Assembly (NCBI GenBank): GCA_965116885.1
Contig: OZ220741.1
Span: forward strand, 2,880,001-2,944,000
Reading direction: 5' to 3'
DNA from: Candidatus Latescibacterota bacterium
Lineage (GTDB): Bacteria > Latescibacterota > UBA2968
DNA: 64,000 nucleotides
Shown one piece after another: positions 1-9,668 of the stretch (positions are counted from its first letter, which is position 1; the number at the start of each line of letters is the position of its first letter). The notes below the pieces were generated by a model, which ran no database searches, was not told the origin of the DNA, and worked only from the letters and a program-made list of their open reading frames with translations. Both the position numbers and the translations under genes were made by a program.

Positions 1-672
1 CATGGCGACTCCATCTTCGCCCGCATCAACCCAGTGGGGCGTCAATAACTGGTTCCACAGCAAATCGCCGGGTTGCATGTCATAGGTCAAGATATCTGCA
101 GGATCTATTTGGGGAATATCAATGCGCGTAACACCCGTTCGATCTTCCACGAGTTTCTGAGCAGGTTCGCGTTTTTCCGGTTCCAAAAACCCGTGAAAGT
201 GTTTTTCCCCATAAACTTGCCACGCGAGTACATGCGAGGAATCTGCGTGATAGGTCGAGCTGCATCCTTTTCCAGAGATAAATATAATGGGGTAACATCT
301 TTGCCACGTAAATCCAAGTTGGGAAAGGAATGTGCGCCAGGGGATCATCACACATTCTTGAAAGTGTTCGAGAAATTGTCCCGCGCCATAAAAATTTTGC
401 AGATGAAAATGCGCCAGACTAATCGGCATTTCGACGGCTTTTTCTATGGGCGCAGCCTTAAATTTTTCGACCAGATTATTTTGCTCTGCATCGCTTAAGC
501 TGTCATCTAAAAATTGAATGCGCGCCTCGGAATCGCGCCGCAAAATATCTATTACTTCATCTACGGGAACGAGTGGCATTTCAAATTTGAACAACTCGGA
601 ATCGATGAGAAAATTGTGCTCGCCATTCCAAAGTTGGCGAAAATCGTCCGCTGTCCTGGCAATCAGGTGCAT
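1..672 (-). CDS. JmjC/cupin-like Fe(II)/2-oxoglutarate oxygenase (3' end runs off the window)
   Basis: Not in the ORF track. Manual translation from ATG at 672 (GGAG RBS upstream) stays open to base 1: MHLIARTADD...FISGKGCSSTYHADSSHVLAWQVYGEKHF...MQPGDLLWNQLLTPHWV. This matches the HxD / QxxGxK / PGD..H pattern of JmjC-type cupins. Confidence 0.75.
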   Translation of the reverse strand, partial: MHLIARTADDFRQLWNGEHNFLIDSELFKFEMPLVPVDEVIDILRRDSEARIQFLDDSLSDAEQNNLVEKFKAAPIEKAVEMPISLAHFHLQNFYGAGQFLEHFQECVMIPWRTFLSQLGFTWQRCYPIIFISGKGCSSTYHADSSHVLAWQVYGEKHFHGFLEPEKREPAQKLVEDRTGVTRIDIPQIDPADILTYDMQPGDLLWNQLLTPHWVDAGEDGVAM

Positions 673-682
673 TGTTTGCTCC

Positions 683-703
683 AGTGGTTAGTGGTTAGTC
701 GTT
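683..703. repeat. Heptamer tandem repeat (AGTGGTT)x2 + AGTCGTT
   Basis: agtggtt agtggtt agtcgtt, directly upstream of the JmjC gene RBS. Confidence 0.55.
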
Positions 704-788
704 CGTCCACCCCAGTTTTCTTACCTCTCTAACATACATCATCCCCCAAAGAGATTCAAGCGATCAAGATAGGGCGGAATGAAGTTAC

Positions 789-817
789 TTGACAGTAAAT
801 TTTCTTGCATTCATTAT
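789..817 (+). promoter_or_regulatory. Candidate sigma70 promoter TTGACA-N17-CATTAT
   Basis: Perfect -35 with a 17-bp spacer, upstream of the AGGAGG RBS and ATG at 850. Confidence 0.45.
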
Positions 818-849
818 GTACTATCAATTCCCACACATAGGAGGCTAAG

Positions 850-2073
850 ATGAAAATCACCGATATTGAAGTTATTCCCATTGCAATGCCTTTGGCAAAA
901 CGCTACGACAACCACCACGGGCGCACGCGCATGTATGACATCGATCAGCATGTGGTGGTCAAAATCCATACGGATAACGGGCTGATTGGCTATGGCGATT
1001 ACGAAGACAGTTCCGCGATTGCTTCTGAGGAAATCGCGCCGTTAATTGGGCGCAATCCTTTTGACTTTTTGCACAATAATTTTCATATGGCTCTTGGCAT
1101 GGCACTCTACGATGTGATGGGCAAGTACCTCGAAGTGCCTGCCTATAAGCTCCTGGGGCAAAAGGTGAGAGATGCGGTGCCTGCGGCGGCGTGGACGCGG
1201 CCCTGTTCGCCCGAGGTGTTTGCGGAAGAAATCCAGCGCGCTGTCGATCAGGGGTATCGCATTTTTAAAATGCATTCCGACGCGCGATATGATGTTATTG
1301 AACAAACGCGAGCCGCTGCCGAGGTCGCGCCAGAGGGCTTTAAGCTCCACTGGGATTTTAACCACAACCGCACGATGGGTGTCGTGCTTCCCATTGTTGC
1401 CGAGCTCGAGCGCAATTATCCGGTGGTCGGTTTTATCGAAGACCCGCTGCCCTGGGCCGATATTGATGGCTGGCGCACACTGAGACAAAAAACGCAATTG
1501 CCGCTTATCATGCACAATCCTCAACTCGGCGGCATGCAGGAAGTCTTACACGGGACTGCCGATATTTATATGATTGGCGGTCGTATTGGCGATACTATGC
1601 GGAAGGGATTTGCTTACGGTCAGGCCAATATCCAGACGCTTCTTCAGCAATCGGGTAATGCCCTGATGAAGGCTTTTACGTTGCATCAGGCGGCGGTCTT
1701 GCCCACGGCAACCGCGCATATTATCACTCTGGACGATCAATACGAAGACGATATTACCACGTCGCAACTGCTACCGACCGAAGGTTTTTGCCGCGTGCCC
1801 GAAGGTGCGGGACTCGGTGTTGAGGTCGATGAGGAAAAACTCAAGCAGGCCGCCCAACGCGCACATATTCCCAAACTCGATGTCATTGGTGTGCTCCATC
1901 TGCCTTACGGACGCAAGTATTATACCCGTGGCGAACCCAATGTTCAAAATCTTACTGGCTTTGAAGAAGGCGCGTTGCGGGGTATCCATTGCGAACGTCT
2001 CGTCAGAGGTGAATCTCCCGACTTTGAGCGCGTTCACAAACGGCTCGAAGAGGAGGGGCCATTTGTTGAGTAA
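850..2073 (+). CDS. Mandelate racemase/muconate lactonizing enzyme family (enolase superfamily) protein
   Basis: MKITDIE N-terminus, DMALYDxxGK-like motif, FKMH, WDFN, IEDP, C-terminal VPEGAGLGVEVD; AGGAGG RBS. Confidence 0.85.
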   Translation: MKITDIEVIPIAMPLAKRYDNHHGRTRMYDIDQHVVVKIHTDNGLIGYGDYEDSSAIASEEIAPLIGRNPFDFLHNNFHMALGMALYDVMGKYLEVPAYKLLGQKVRDAVPAAAWTRPCSPEVFAEEIQRAVDQGYRIFKMHSDARYDVIEQTRAAAEVAPEGFKLHWDFNHNRTMGVVLPIVAELERNYPVVGFIEDPLPWADIDGWRTLRQKTQLPLIMHNPQLGGMQEVLHGTADIYMIGGRIGDTMRKGFAYGQANIQTLLQQSGNALMKAFTLHQAAVLPTATAHIITLDDQYEDDITTSQLLPTEGFCRVPEGAGLGVEVDEEKLKQAAQRAHIPKLDVIGVLHLPYGRKYYTRGEPNVQNLTGFEEGALRGIHCERLVRGESPDFERVHKRLEEEGPFVE

Positions 2074-2079
2074 AGAATA

Positions 2080-2111
2080 AACAGGACATCTCTGTAGAGA
2101 AATGTCCTGTT
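2080..2111. terminator. Hairpin between convergent genes (likely bidirectional terminator)
   Basis: AACAGGACAT...ATGTCCTGTT 10-bp inverted repeat. Confidence 0.6.
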
Positions 2112-2136
2112 GTGTTGCGGGCTGTATTATGCAATT

Positions 2137-3582
2137 TTAAAAGAATCGATCTGCATCGCGAGGCGGTGTGGTGGCGAAAGATACGAGGATGAGGATGAGT
2201 GCGGAAACAGGGACGATAATACCGGCGGGGATTAAGCCGGTTCCGCCAATACTGTACGCGCCTTCTGCGTTAAGGGAATCTGCATAAAAAAATAGCCATA
2301 GACCAATTACACTCAGGATTGCTGCGGTTGCGCCTTGCTTTGTGCTGCGTTTCCAGTACAGTGCGCCGACGAATACGGGTACCAATCCCGCAAAGCCCGT
2401 GAGTGACCAGGCGCCGAGTTCAAAAATTGACCGCGTTGTAAACAGCGATGCGACAAAGGCCAGGACGAGGAATGCCGCGACAAATAGACGCCCGAACAAA
2501 ATCTGCTGTTTTTCGGACAACTGGTTGTCAAAACCGTAAAATCGCACAATATCTTCGGTAAACATCGCGCCCAGAGCAAGGGTTTGAGAGTCGAGCGAAG
2601 ACATAATTGCAGCAAAAACACCTGCCGCCAGGCATCCTGCCAGCACGCCACCCGTATGTGCCAGAATTAATTCAATCAGAATGGGACCGTTCAGTGGTGC
2701 CGTAAAATCAATGCGACCGACCATTCCCAGGGTGACGCTGGGCACCCACACGGCGGCGATACACAGGGGATAGAATACTATGGGCGTTTGAAATGACCGC
2801 GCGGTTCGGGCGGAGAGCCAATGGCCGTAAATATGGGGAAATGCCGCGACACTGATGGGTAGCAGGAGATAGGAGAGCATTTTGAATACGGTATAAGACC
2901 CGCTGCCAAAAATCACAAATTCGGGGTGCGTAGCGCGTAGCGTTGCCATAGCCTCGCCGATCCCGCCGTAGTGATCCATGATGACGAGATAGGCAATGAT
3001 GCCGACGAGAATAAATACCGTTGTTTGAAAGGTGTTTGCCCAGGCAGTACTTCGCATCCCGCCATAGGTTACGTACAGAAATGTTACGCCACATACGAGC
3101 AAACTGCCAGCCCAACCAGGCCACTCACCGCGCGTGATTGCCGCGAGTGCATCGCCCCCGCCTTTGACCCCTATCAGGATGTAGGGTAGCATCAACAACA
3201 CCACGACGACAAATAAGAGCGTTCCCAATGCTGGCGAGGTATAGCGGTCTCGGATCATCTGGATTTGGGTGACATAGGAAAACCGTTTGCCCAACCACCA
3301 GCTTTTTGTGCCGAGATAATAAAAGAGAAATGGAATCAGAATGGATGAACTCGCGCCCATCAGACCGAAGACGACAATCCCCAGACGATAGGCTTCTCCA
3401 GATGCGCCCAGCATTGTAAATGCAGTGAGATTGGTGCCCAGCAGTGTCATCAGCAGGACTACAGGACCAATGCTTCGGCTTGCGACAAAGTAATCTTCTG
3501 CGGTATTGCGAAACAGCCGATGCCCCAGGGTGCCGACCACTATAACCAGGCCCAGATAAATTGCGACAACCGCAATAATCAT
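2137..3582 (-). CDS. Sodium:solute symporter family (SSF) protein
   Basis: EDYFVASRSIG, YVTYGGMRSTAW, FAAIMSSLDSQ motifs and many TM helices. Start moved to MIIAVV (3582), which overlaps the upstream stop as ATGA. Confidence 0.9.
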   Translation of the reverse strand: MIIAVVAIYLGLVIVVGTLGHRLFRNTAEDYFVASRSIGPVVLLMTLLGTNLTAFTMLGASGEAYRLGIVVFGLMGASSSILIPFLFYYLGTKSWWLGKRFSYVTQIQMIRDRYTSPALGTLLFVVVVLLMLPYILIGVKGGGDALAAITRGEWPGWAGSLLVCGVTFLYVTYGGMRSTAWANTFQTTVFILVGIIAYLVIMDHYGGIGEAMATLRATHPEFVIFGSGSYTVFKMLSYLLLPISVAAFPHIYGHWLSARTARSFQTPIVFYPLCIAAVWVPSVTLGMVGRIDFTAPLNGPILIELILAHTGGVLAGCLAAGVFAAIMSSLDSQTLALGAMFTEDIVRFYGFDNQLSEKQQILFGRLFVAAFLVLAFVASLFTTRSIFELGAWSLTGFAGLVPVFVGALYWKRSTKQGATAAILSVIGLWLFFYADSLNAEGAYSIGGTGLIPAGIIVPVSALILILVSFATTPPRDADRFF

Positions 3583-3794
3583 TCCGCATCCTCCGCATCT
3601 AAATGATGAGGCCATGCCAGGCGCACTATTACGAGCATAGAGAGTGTGGTCAGGACGCACAGGCCGATGTGGTAAAGCAAATTGATTGGCAATCCCAGGA
3701 TTAGTGCGTCGTTGTCCCACATCCAGACATTAAAAAATAAAATCAGCAGAACGAGCAAAATACTCAAGGGCCAGATTTTTGTCTGTTGTGACAT
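3579..3794 (-). CDS. Small membrane protein, DUF3311-like SSF accessory
   Basis: 71 aa, two TM segments, LILGLP motif, translationally coupled to the SSF gene. Confidence 0.75.
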   Translation of the reverse strand: MSQQTKIWPLSILLVLLILFFNVWMWDNDALILGLPINLLYHIGLCVLTTLSMLVIVRLAWPHHLDAEDAE

Positions 3795-3822
3795 GGATTT
3801 CTCCTTTTTGTTTTGCTCGAGA

Positions 3823-4794
3823 TTACGGCTTTTGCGCGCCTTTGGCTTCGAGGTACACTGAGTACAAACACATGCCGCCGGTCATGAAGAGGCGGTTTTT
3901 CTTTTGTCCGCCAAAGCAGAGGTTGGAACACACTTCGGGCAGGTGAATTTTGCCAATGAGGTCGCCATTGGGCGCGAAAATTTTGACGCCGTTATCTTCG
4001 GGGTTGCCCCAGCCCGAACTGCTCCACAGGTTGCCGTCAATGTCGCAGCGAATGCCATCGGCAAATCCGGGGGCCATGTCGGCAAAGATGCGACTGTTTT
4101 TGAGGTGTCCATTTTCCACATCAAAAGCGCGAATATGTGCGGGACCTCCCAGTCCATGAGAGGACCCGGTATCGGTGATGTAGAGAATTTTTTCGTCGGG
4201 TGAGAAACACAGTCCGTTGGGGCGCACAAAATCGTTGGCAACAACTGTAGCATTTCCCGTGGTGGGATCGAGGCGATAGACGCTGATGGGCAGTTCATAG
4301 TCGGCAATGTGGCCTTCGTAGTCGAGCATGATGCCGTATCCCGGATCGGTGAACCATATACTGCCATCGGAATGCGAGGTGACGTCATTGGGGGCGTTGA
4401 GTGGTTTGCCCTCAAAGCTGTCGATGAGTACGGTGATGGTTCCGTCGTATTCGGTGCGCGTGACGCGCCGGGTGCCGTGTTCACAGGTAATCAGACGGCC
4501 TGCTTGGTCGCGGGTGTGGCCATTGCAATAATTGGAAGGTTGACGATAGACGCTGAGGCTGCCATCACTTTCGTTCCAGCGCATGATGCGATTGTTGGGG
4601 ATGTCGCTGAAGAGCACACAACGCGCGTCTCCAAACCACACCGGGCCTTCGCCCCAGCGCAAGCCAGTACAGAGACGTTCGACCGCGGCGTTGCCTATGG
4701 CGTATTTTTCAAAGCGCGTGTCCAGAATTTCGATGGCGGGGTCGGGATAAGAGACAGGGCTGCCGTCCCAGGGACGGGTTTTCCAATCGGACAT
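3823..4794 (-). CDS. SMP-30/gluconolactonase/LRE family protein
   Basis: WGEGPVW, FSDIP, LNAPND, RPNGLCFSPDE, FADGIRCD motifs. Confidence 0.92.
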   Translation of the reverse strand: MSDWKTRPWDGSPVSYPDPAIEILDTRFEKYAIGNAAVERLCTGLRWGEGPVWFGDARCVLFSDIPNNRIMRWNESDGSLSVYRQPSNYCNGHTRDQAGRLITCEHGTRRVTRTEYDGTITVLIDSFEGKPLNAPNDVTSHSDGSIWFTDPGYGIMLDYEGHIADYELPISVYRLDPTTGNATVVANDFVRPNGLCFSPDEKILYITDTGSSHGLGGPAHIRAFDVENGHLKNSRIFADMAPGFADGIRCDIDGNLWSSSGWGNPEDNGVKIFAPNGDLIGKIHLPEVCSNLCFGGQKKNRLFMTGGMCLYSVYLEAKGAQKP

Positions 4795-4896
4795 TTTTTC
4801 TCCTTGGAAGCGGTTTGATGTCTGCGCGTACGATGGGCTTCGACGAGTGCCGTGCTCTAAAGGGTTGTGGGTATAAGAGAGGATGGGAAGAGGGAG

Positions 4897-4945
4897 CTAA
4901 TTCAACGAAAATTCTATGGGCCTGACATTTGCCTGGGCGGAATCG
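4897..4945 (-). pseudogene. Remnant of the 3' end of a second tonB-like gene
   Basis: Minus strand reads RFRPGKCQ / PIEFSLN*, a degenerate copy of the adjacent TonB C-terminus RFRPGKHQ...PIEFSLKRQ* with an internal deletion. Confidence 0.6.
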
Positions 4946-4950
4946 TGCCT

Positions 4951-5703
4951 CTATTGTCGCTTCAGCGAAAATTCTATCGGCATAAACATCCAAACTTTGC
5001 GGCGTTCTCCCTGGTGTTTGCCTGGGCGAAATCGGTATTGCCGCGCTGCCTCTAATGCCGCTTCTTTGAAAATTTCCGGGCCGTGTACAAATTGGACGTC
5101 TTCTACGTTGCCTACCTTGTCAACCAGTACTTTGACCATGGCTTTGCCTTCGAGGCCCTTTTTTCGCGCTTCAGCGGGATATTCCGGCACGACAATTCGA
5201 CTTGGATGTGGTTTGTAGTCAATCTCAGTATAGTCGAGTGGTTCGTCTAAGTCTATCCCCTTTGTCATCGCCAAATTGGGGATAAATATTTTGTCGAGGT
5301 CCAATTCCGTTGATTCAATTGTCACATCCTCAGGGACCTCTTCGCCTTCGACGGCCAGGGGCACTTGAGGGCGTGGGGGCGGGGGCGGGCGCTTTATTTG
5401 ACTTGTTTCTGGAATATCAACTGTTATAGCTTTGAATGCGGATTTCGTCAGATGTACGGTGGGATGGTATTCGGGATAGAGAAAAACAACAGCGATGAAG
5501 AGTATGAGATTCAACAGGCTCGCGCGCATCATGTTCGGCCAGTAGGGCAACTTCAAGTCAGCAGAAGGGGTTTTTGTGCGCGTTTCTATCTGAACGTCGC
5601 AGGGCTGGGCAGATAGTCTTTTTTGAAATTCGCGCTGCGCCTGGCGCGCCTGATAAATTTGACCGCTTAGTGTATTTCCAAATCTAATCTGGACGAGGTT
5701 CAT
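4951..5703 (-). CDS. tonB: Energy transducer TonB family protein
   Basis: Single TM helix, poly-Pro linker, TonB_C domain (PEYPAEARKKGLEGKAMVKVLVDKVGNV...FRPG). Confidence 0.85.
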   Translation of the reverse strand: MNLVQIRFGNTLSGQIYQARQAQREFQKRLSAQPCDVQIETRTKTPSADLKLPYWPNMMRASLLNLILFIAVVFLYPEYHPTVHLTKSAFKAITVDIPETSQIKRPPPPPRPQVPLAVEGEEVPEDVTIESTELDLDKIFIPNLAMTKGIDLDEPLDYTEIDYKPHPSRIVVPEYPAEARKKGLEGKAMVKVLVDKVGNVEDVQFVHGPEIFKEAALEAARQYRFRPGKHQGERRKVWMFMPIEFSLKRQ

Positions 5704-5880
5704 GCGATTCCCATTTAGTGAACTGTGCTGATTATGTGGATATATTTATAATTCTCAATAAGAACGAAAGTTCCAATTACACTGATTGTAGATGGGGGCA
5801 TGGGGCAACAATCTATATGAGTCTTCGCCATTTGTCCAGATGAAATTATTGTCCGAGATGGGAGATTGCATGTAATAAAG

Positions 5881-6264
5881 CTATGTTGTTTTTGGAGATA
5901 ATGTCTCAATAGTTACAGGGCCTTCCTCCTCAATATCCAGCGTCATTCGGTGTCCCATAAGCATTGACATGCCCAGTAGCGCACCAGCATCTGTTGCCAA
6001 AACAACTACTTTTCGTTTTTCCTCACCCCATAACACATCTGCTTCATAAACGTCCATATACACTTGATGTCCATCTCCCAAGGCCGCTGGCGTGGTGCAG
6101 ACAAATTGTAAATTAAGCGTATCAACCATATCAGTTGATAAAGTGAGATAGCCATTGAAGCCTGTATCAATAACGACCTCAATTTGAAGTGTTTGACCTG
6201 TAGGACCACATACTTGTAAATCTATAACTGCTTCCTTCTGGGCTGTAACGCGACCAATTGTCAT
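5881..6264 (-). CDS. Clan AA (retropepsin-like) aspartic protease, AF_0612-like
   Basis: VIDTGFNGYLTL catalytic motif and ALLGM motif; 127 aa. Confidence 0.85.
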   Translation of the reverse strand: MTIGRVTAQKEAVIDLQVCGPTGQTLQIEVVIDTGFNGYLTLSTDMVDTLNLQFVCTTPAALGDGHQVYMDVYEADVLWGEEKRKVVVLATDAGALLGMSMLMGHRMTLDIEEEGPVTIETLSPKTT

Positions 6265-6266
6265 TT

Positions 6267-6530
6267 TTATTGGTCCAGACTCTGTTTTCCCAACCTATAT
6301 GCAGCAGGATGACCGATACGCAACATATAGAGTGCTGCATCATTTTGTTTTGTTTTTGCACGTTGTAAAGCAGTCAATTCATCTGCATCAATTTCATATT
6401 CACCGGTTTCAATATTTAATACAAGAAATTTTCCTTTTTCGCAGTCGGCGATTTCTGACCGGACCTTTTGATCATACAATATTTGTCCACGTCGGGAAAT
6501 TTCTTCACTGGTATATTTTGGATGAAGCAT
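6267..6530 (-). CDS. Small hypothetical protein (DUF5678-like) paired with the aspartic protease
   Basis: 87 aa, GKFLVLNIETGEYEID...LRIG; ends 2 bp before the protease start; GAGGAG RBS. Confidence 0.7.
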   Translation of the reverse strand: MLHPKYTSEEISRRGQILYDQKVRSEIADCEKGKFLVLNIETGEYEIDADELTALQRAKTKQNDAALYMLRIGHPAAYRLGKQSLDQ

Positions 6531-6775
6531 GAAAACTCTCCTCGGTTAGTGGTTATATTGGTGAAACAAATACTAATTAAATTTACCAATGCGACGTCAA
6601 AATTCAAGTGGTTTGTGTCTGTTATCTTCCTTATGTCCTTTTCCCAACGCATTGTTAACACATTCGAAAGGGAAAGGTGTATGGGGTTTCTTGATCAAAC
6701 CAGTTGTGTTTTGGGGCGATGGATTGTAATATAAAGGGGATATTGGGGTTATGACAAAACTTACTGGAGGAAGAA

Positions 6776-7777
6776 ATGAATCGTCAGATTACGCTGGCTG
6801 CACGTCCTGAAGGGTTTCCCGTGCCGGAGGATTTTAAGCTTGTTGAAACGCCTATTCCAGAGCCTGGAGAAGGCGAAGTGTTGTCGAGAACGCTGTTTAT
6901 GTCGGTTGATCCCTATATGCGCGGGCGGATGAATGATCGGGCATCGTATGCGGCAAATGTGCAAATTGGCGATGTGATGGTGGGCGGTACGGTGGGTGAG
7001 GTGATCGCGTCGAATGATCCCGATTTTGAAGTTGGCGATATTGTCCAGGCGCAAATCGGGTGGCAGGCTTATGGCGTGTCTAAGGGATCGAATTTGCGCC
7101 AGGTCAATCCAGATCTCGCGCCTGTGTCAACGGCTTTGGGGGTGTTGGGCATGCCGGGACTTACGGCGTATTTTGGATTGTTGGATGTTGGGCAGCCCAA
7201 AGAAAGCGAGACTGTGCTGGTGACGGGAGCTGCTGGTGCTGTGGGATCAATTGTGGGACAGATTGCCAAAATCGTGGGGTGCCGCGTTGTGGGTGTGGCG
7301 GGGTCGGATCAAAAGATTGCCCATGTGGTTGGCGAGTTGGGTTTTGATGCTGCTTTCAATTACAAGGAGGTCGATGATTACAGTGCCGAATTGCAACGCC
7401 TGTGCCCTGATGGTATTGATGTATTCTTCGATAATGTAGGTGGCGCAGTTTCCGATGCGGCATTTCCCCTGATGAATGTGCTCGGTCGCATTTCCGTTTG
7501 CGGGCAAATATCGCAATACAATTTGACTGCTCCAGAACAGGGTCCGCGGATGATGTGGCACTTTATTTCGCAAAGGTTGACGATGCGCGGTTTTCTGGTT
7601 TTTGACTTTGAAGACCAGCACGCCGAAGCTCTCAAACAGATGGCCATTTGGGTCAATGAAGGGCGGATTAAATACCGGGAAGATATCTGGGAGGGGTTGG
7701 AGAATGCGCCCGAGGCATTTATCGATATGATGCGGGGTGGTAATGTTGGGAAGCGCGTCGTAAAGGTGGCGGATTAA
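6776..7777 (+). CDS. NADP-dependent oxidoreductase (MDR, CurA/prostaglandin reductase-like)
   Basis: LAARPEG, SVDPYMRGRM, LGMPGLTAYFGL, GAAGAVG, FFDNVGG. Confidence 0.92.
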   Translation: MNRQITLAARPEGFPVPEDFKLVETPIPEPGEGEVLSRTLFMSVDPYMRGRMNDRASYAANVQIGDVMVGGTVGEVIASNDPDFEVGDIVQAQIGWQAYGVSKGSNLRQVNPDLAPVSTALGVLGMPGLTAYFGLLDVGQPKESETVLVTGAAGAVGSIVGQIAKIVGCRVVGVAGSDQKIAHVVGELGFDAAFNYKEVDDYSAELQRLCPDGIDVFFDNVGGAVSDAAFPLMNVLGRISVCGQISQYNLTAPEQGPRMMWHFISQRLTMRGFLVFDFEDQHAEALKQMAIWVNEGRIKYREDIWEGLENAPEAFIDMMRGGNVGKRVVKVAD

Positions 7778-7778
7778 A

Positions 7779-8540
7779 ATGGGGATGACAGATTATCAGG
7801 CCGAACATTTTCATCGCAATGGATTCTTTTTTGTTCCAAATCCGTTGGACGATGATGCTATGTTCGAGATTGACCAGCGCCAGCGCGCGGTTGAACAGGA
7901 GTGGTTAAAGGCCGAGTGGGCAGCGGGTTTTAACCGGGGGGCCTGTCAGTTTTTTATGGTGGGCGAGCCGTTGTTGCAGGCGGTGGAGCGCCCGGAATTT
8001 GTGGGTATGGCGCGGCGAATTTTGGGGTGTGAAGATGTGCATGTGGGTGCGTGCGGGTTGGGAGATGCGTCGAAGGTTGTGTCGGCAGATGGGCGTTTGC
8101 TGCAGCAAGTTCACTGGCACGCGGATGGGGGGCCCGATGTACGGCAGGTGTCGATGCGTACGGCATTGGATAGACACGACCCATCCAATGCGCCGTTGCG
8201 CGTATTGCCCGGCACGCATGTTAGATCCCGCGAGGAGGTTGAAGAGGAATTGCGACAAATCGAAATAGCGACCGGGCAGCACGATGAGATGCCCGAGTTG
8301 TTATTTGCCTCACATCCCCGCGAAGTGGAAGTGATTCTGGATCCGCGATGGACGCTGGTATGGACGCCGAGTTGCTGGCATGCGACGGGTGTGAAGACAG
8401 CAGCTGGTCCAAGGCGTGCGATGGCGTGGAATTATTTTCCGAGCGGTGGTCGCAAGCGGGATGTTGAGGCATTGAAGTACGTGATTGAAGGTTGGGAGGA
8501 TTGGTCCGATGAGCGGAAGCGGTTATGGGGGCTTGGATGA
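7779..8540 (+). CDS. Phytanoyl-CoA dioxygenase (PhyH) family protein
   Basis: WHAD (HxD), LRVLPGTH, distal WH, RR motif. Confidence 0.8.
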   Translation: MGMTDYQAEHFHRNGFFFVPNPLDDDAMFEIDQRQRAVEQEWLKAEWAAGFNRGACQFFMVGEPLLQAVERPEFVGMARRILGCEDVHVGACGLGDASKVVSADGRLLQQVHWHADGGPDVRQVSMRTALDRHDPSNAPLRVLPGTHVRSREEVEEELRQIEIATGQHDEMPELLFASHPREVEVILDPRWTLVWTPSCWHATGVKTAAGPRRAMAWNYFPSGGRKRDVEALKYVIEGWEDWSDERKRLWGLG

Positions 8541-9668
8541 AATTACCAGCGCGCCGATGGCATATATTCCACCGCCAATGAGAAAAATCCAGTCCGACGG
8601 CAAATGTACTTGCTGCGTCATCCATCCGAGCATAGGGCCTGTTGCGGAGCCGAGGTCAGATGCTGTTACGTATCCGGCCACTGAACGCGAGCCGCGCATT
8701 CCCGCCTCGGCGTGCATGACTACGGTTGCGCCAACACCGCACAAAAAAAACATCACCACGCACAAGATCAACAATCCCGTATTGGATGTAATTGACGCCG
8801 AGAACAGAGCCAATGTCCCGGTGCTAAAATAAATGGCTGCACTCCACCGCCGTCCCAGCCGATCGCTGATATGACCCAGAAAAGGACCACCGAGCGCGTC
8901 GGCAATCCACCGTGAAGATAGCAACAGGCCGTTTAATGTGGCTACGCCGATGACCATCCCCAACAGGTTCAGTGATGTGCCCACGGTTTCGACGAGGACC
9001 ACCCCCAGGGTGGACATTAAAATGCCCGGCCCAACGCACCCAATCACAAAACCGCAAATCATTAATTTTGGGACCCAGCCCGCGTCCTCAACGCTTTCTT
9101 TTTTTACATTTTCATGTAAAACGGCGCGTCGCGCGATCCATCCCAGGGGTGTTCCTATCAACGAAATGATGGCGAATAAAAAGAGTGTGAGTGTAAATCC
9201 AATGATGTCGTGAGCCAGCCCGCCTAAAAAATTGCCTCCCACCGACCCGAGGCGCGATACGCCGTTGTAAAATCCCATCCTTTGACCGATCATAGATGGC
9301 GGCGTGGTATCTACCACGGTCATCAGGCCAATCTGACGTATAAATGACCAGGATAATCCCCAGAGCATGCGCGCGATAAGCAAGATGAAAAAAGAGGTGA
9401 CAACGCCGTAAACAGCGGTCAATACGGCTCCGAGAATCAGGGAGCCTGTCATCAAAGCCGTCAGGTTATAGCGCTGACACAATTTTTCGGCCAGGGTGTT
9501 CGTTATCAGGCGCACCCAGCGATTTACCGAGAGAATAATGCCGACCTGATAAGGCATCAGTCCAATTTCGGCATAATGCGTTGGCAACACGGAGTACAGC
9601 ATCTGGTCGCCCAGCAGTGAAAATGCCGTAGCCAATGCAATGAATACAACAGCGTGTGACGATTGCAT
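8523..9668 (-). CDS. MFS transporter
   Basis: About 12 hydrophobic segments; GHISDRLGRR MFS motif A. Confidence 0.85.
   Translation of the reverse strand: MQSSHAVVFIALATAFSLLGDQMLYSVLPTHYAEIGLMPYQVGIILSVNRWVRLITNTLAEKLCQRYNLTALMTGSLILGAVLTAVYGVVTSFFILLIARMLWGLSWSFIRQIGLMTVVDTTPPSMIGQRMGFYNGVSRLGSVGGNFLGGLAHDIIGFTLTLFLFAIISLIGTPLGWIARRAVLHENVKKESVEDAGWVPKLMICGFVIGCVGPGILMSTLGVVLVETVGTSLNLLGMVIGVATLNGLLLSSRWIADALGGPFLGHISDRLGRRWSAAIYFSTGTLALFSASITSNTGLLILCVVMFFLCGVGATVVMHAEAGMRGSRSVAGYVTASDLGSATGPMLGWMTQQVHLPSDWIFLIGGGIYAIGALVISSKPP

Noticed and set aside
73..498. Short ORFs in the first 730 bp, including 73..498, 105..317 and 514..732
   Set aside because: Explained as shadows of the minus-strand JmjC-like gene
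5740..5765. Fur-box-like AT-rich stretch upstream of tonB
   Set aside because: Only about 11 of 19 matches to consensus in an AT-rich background
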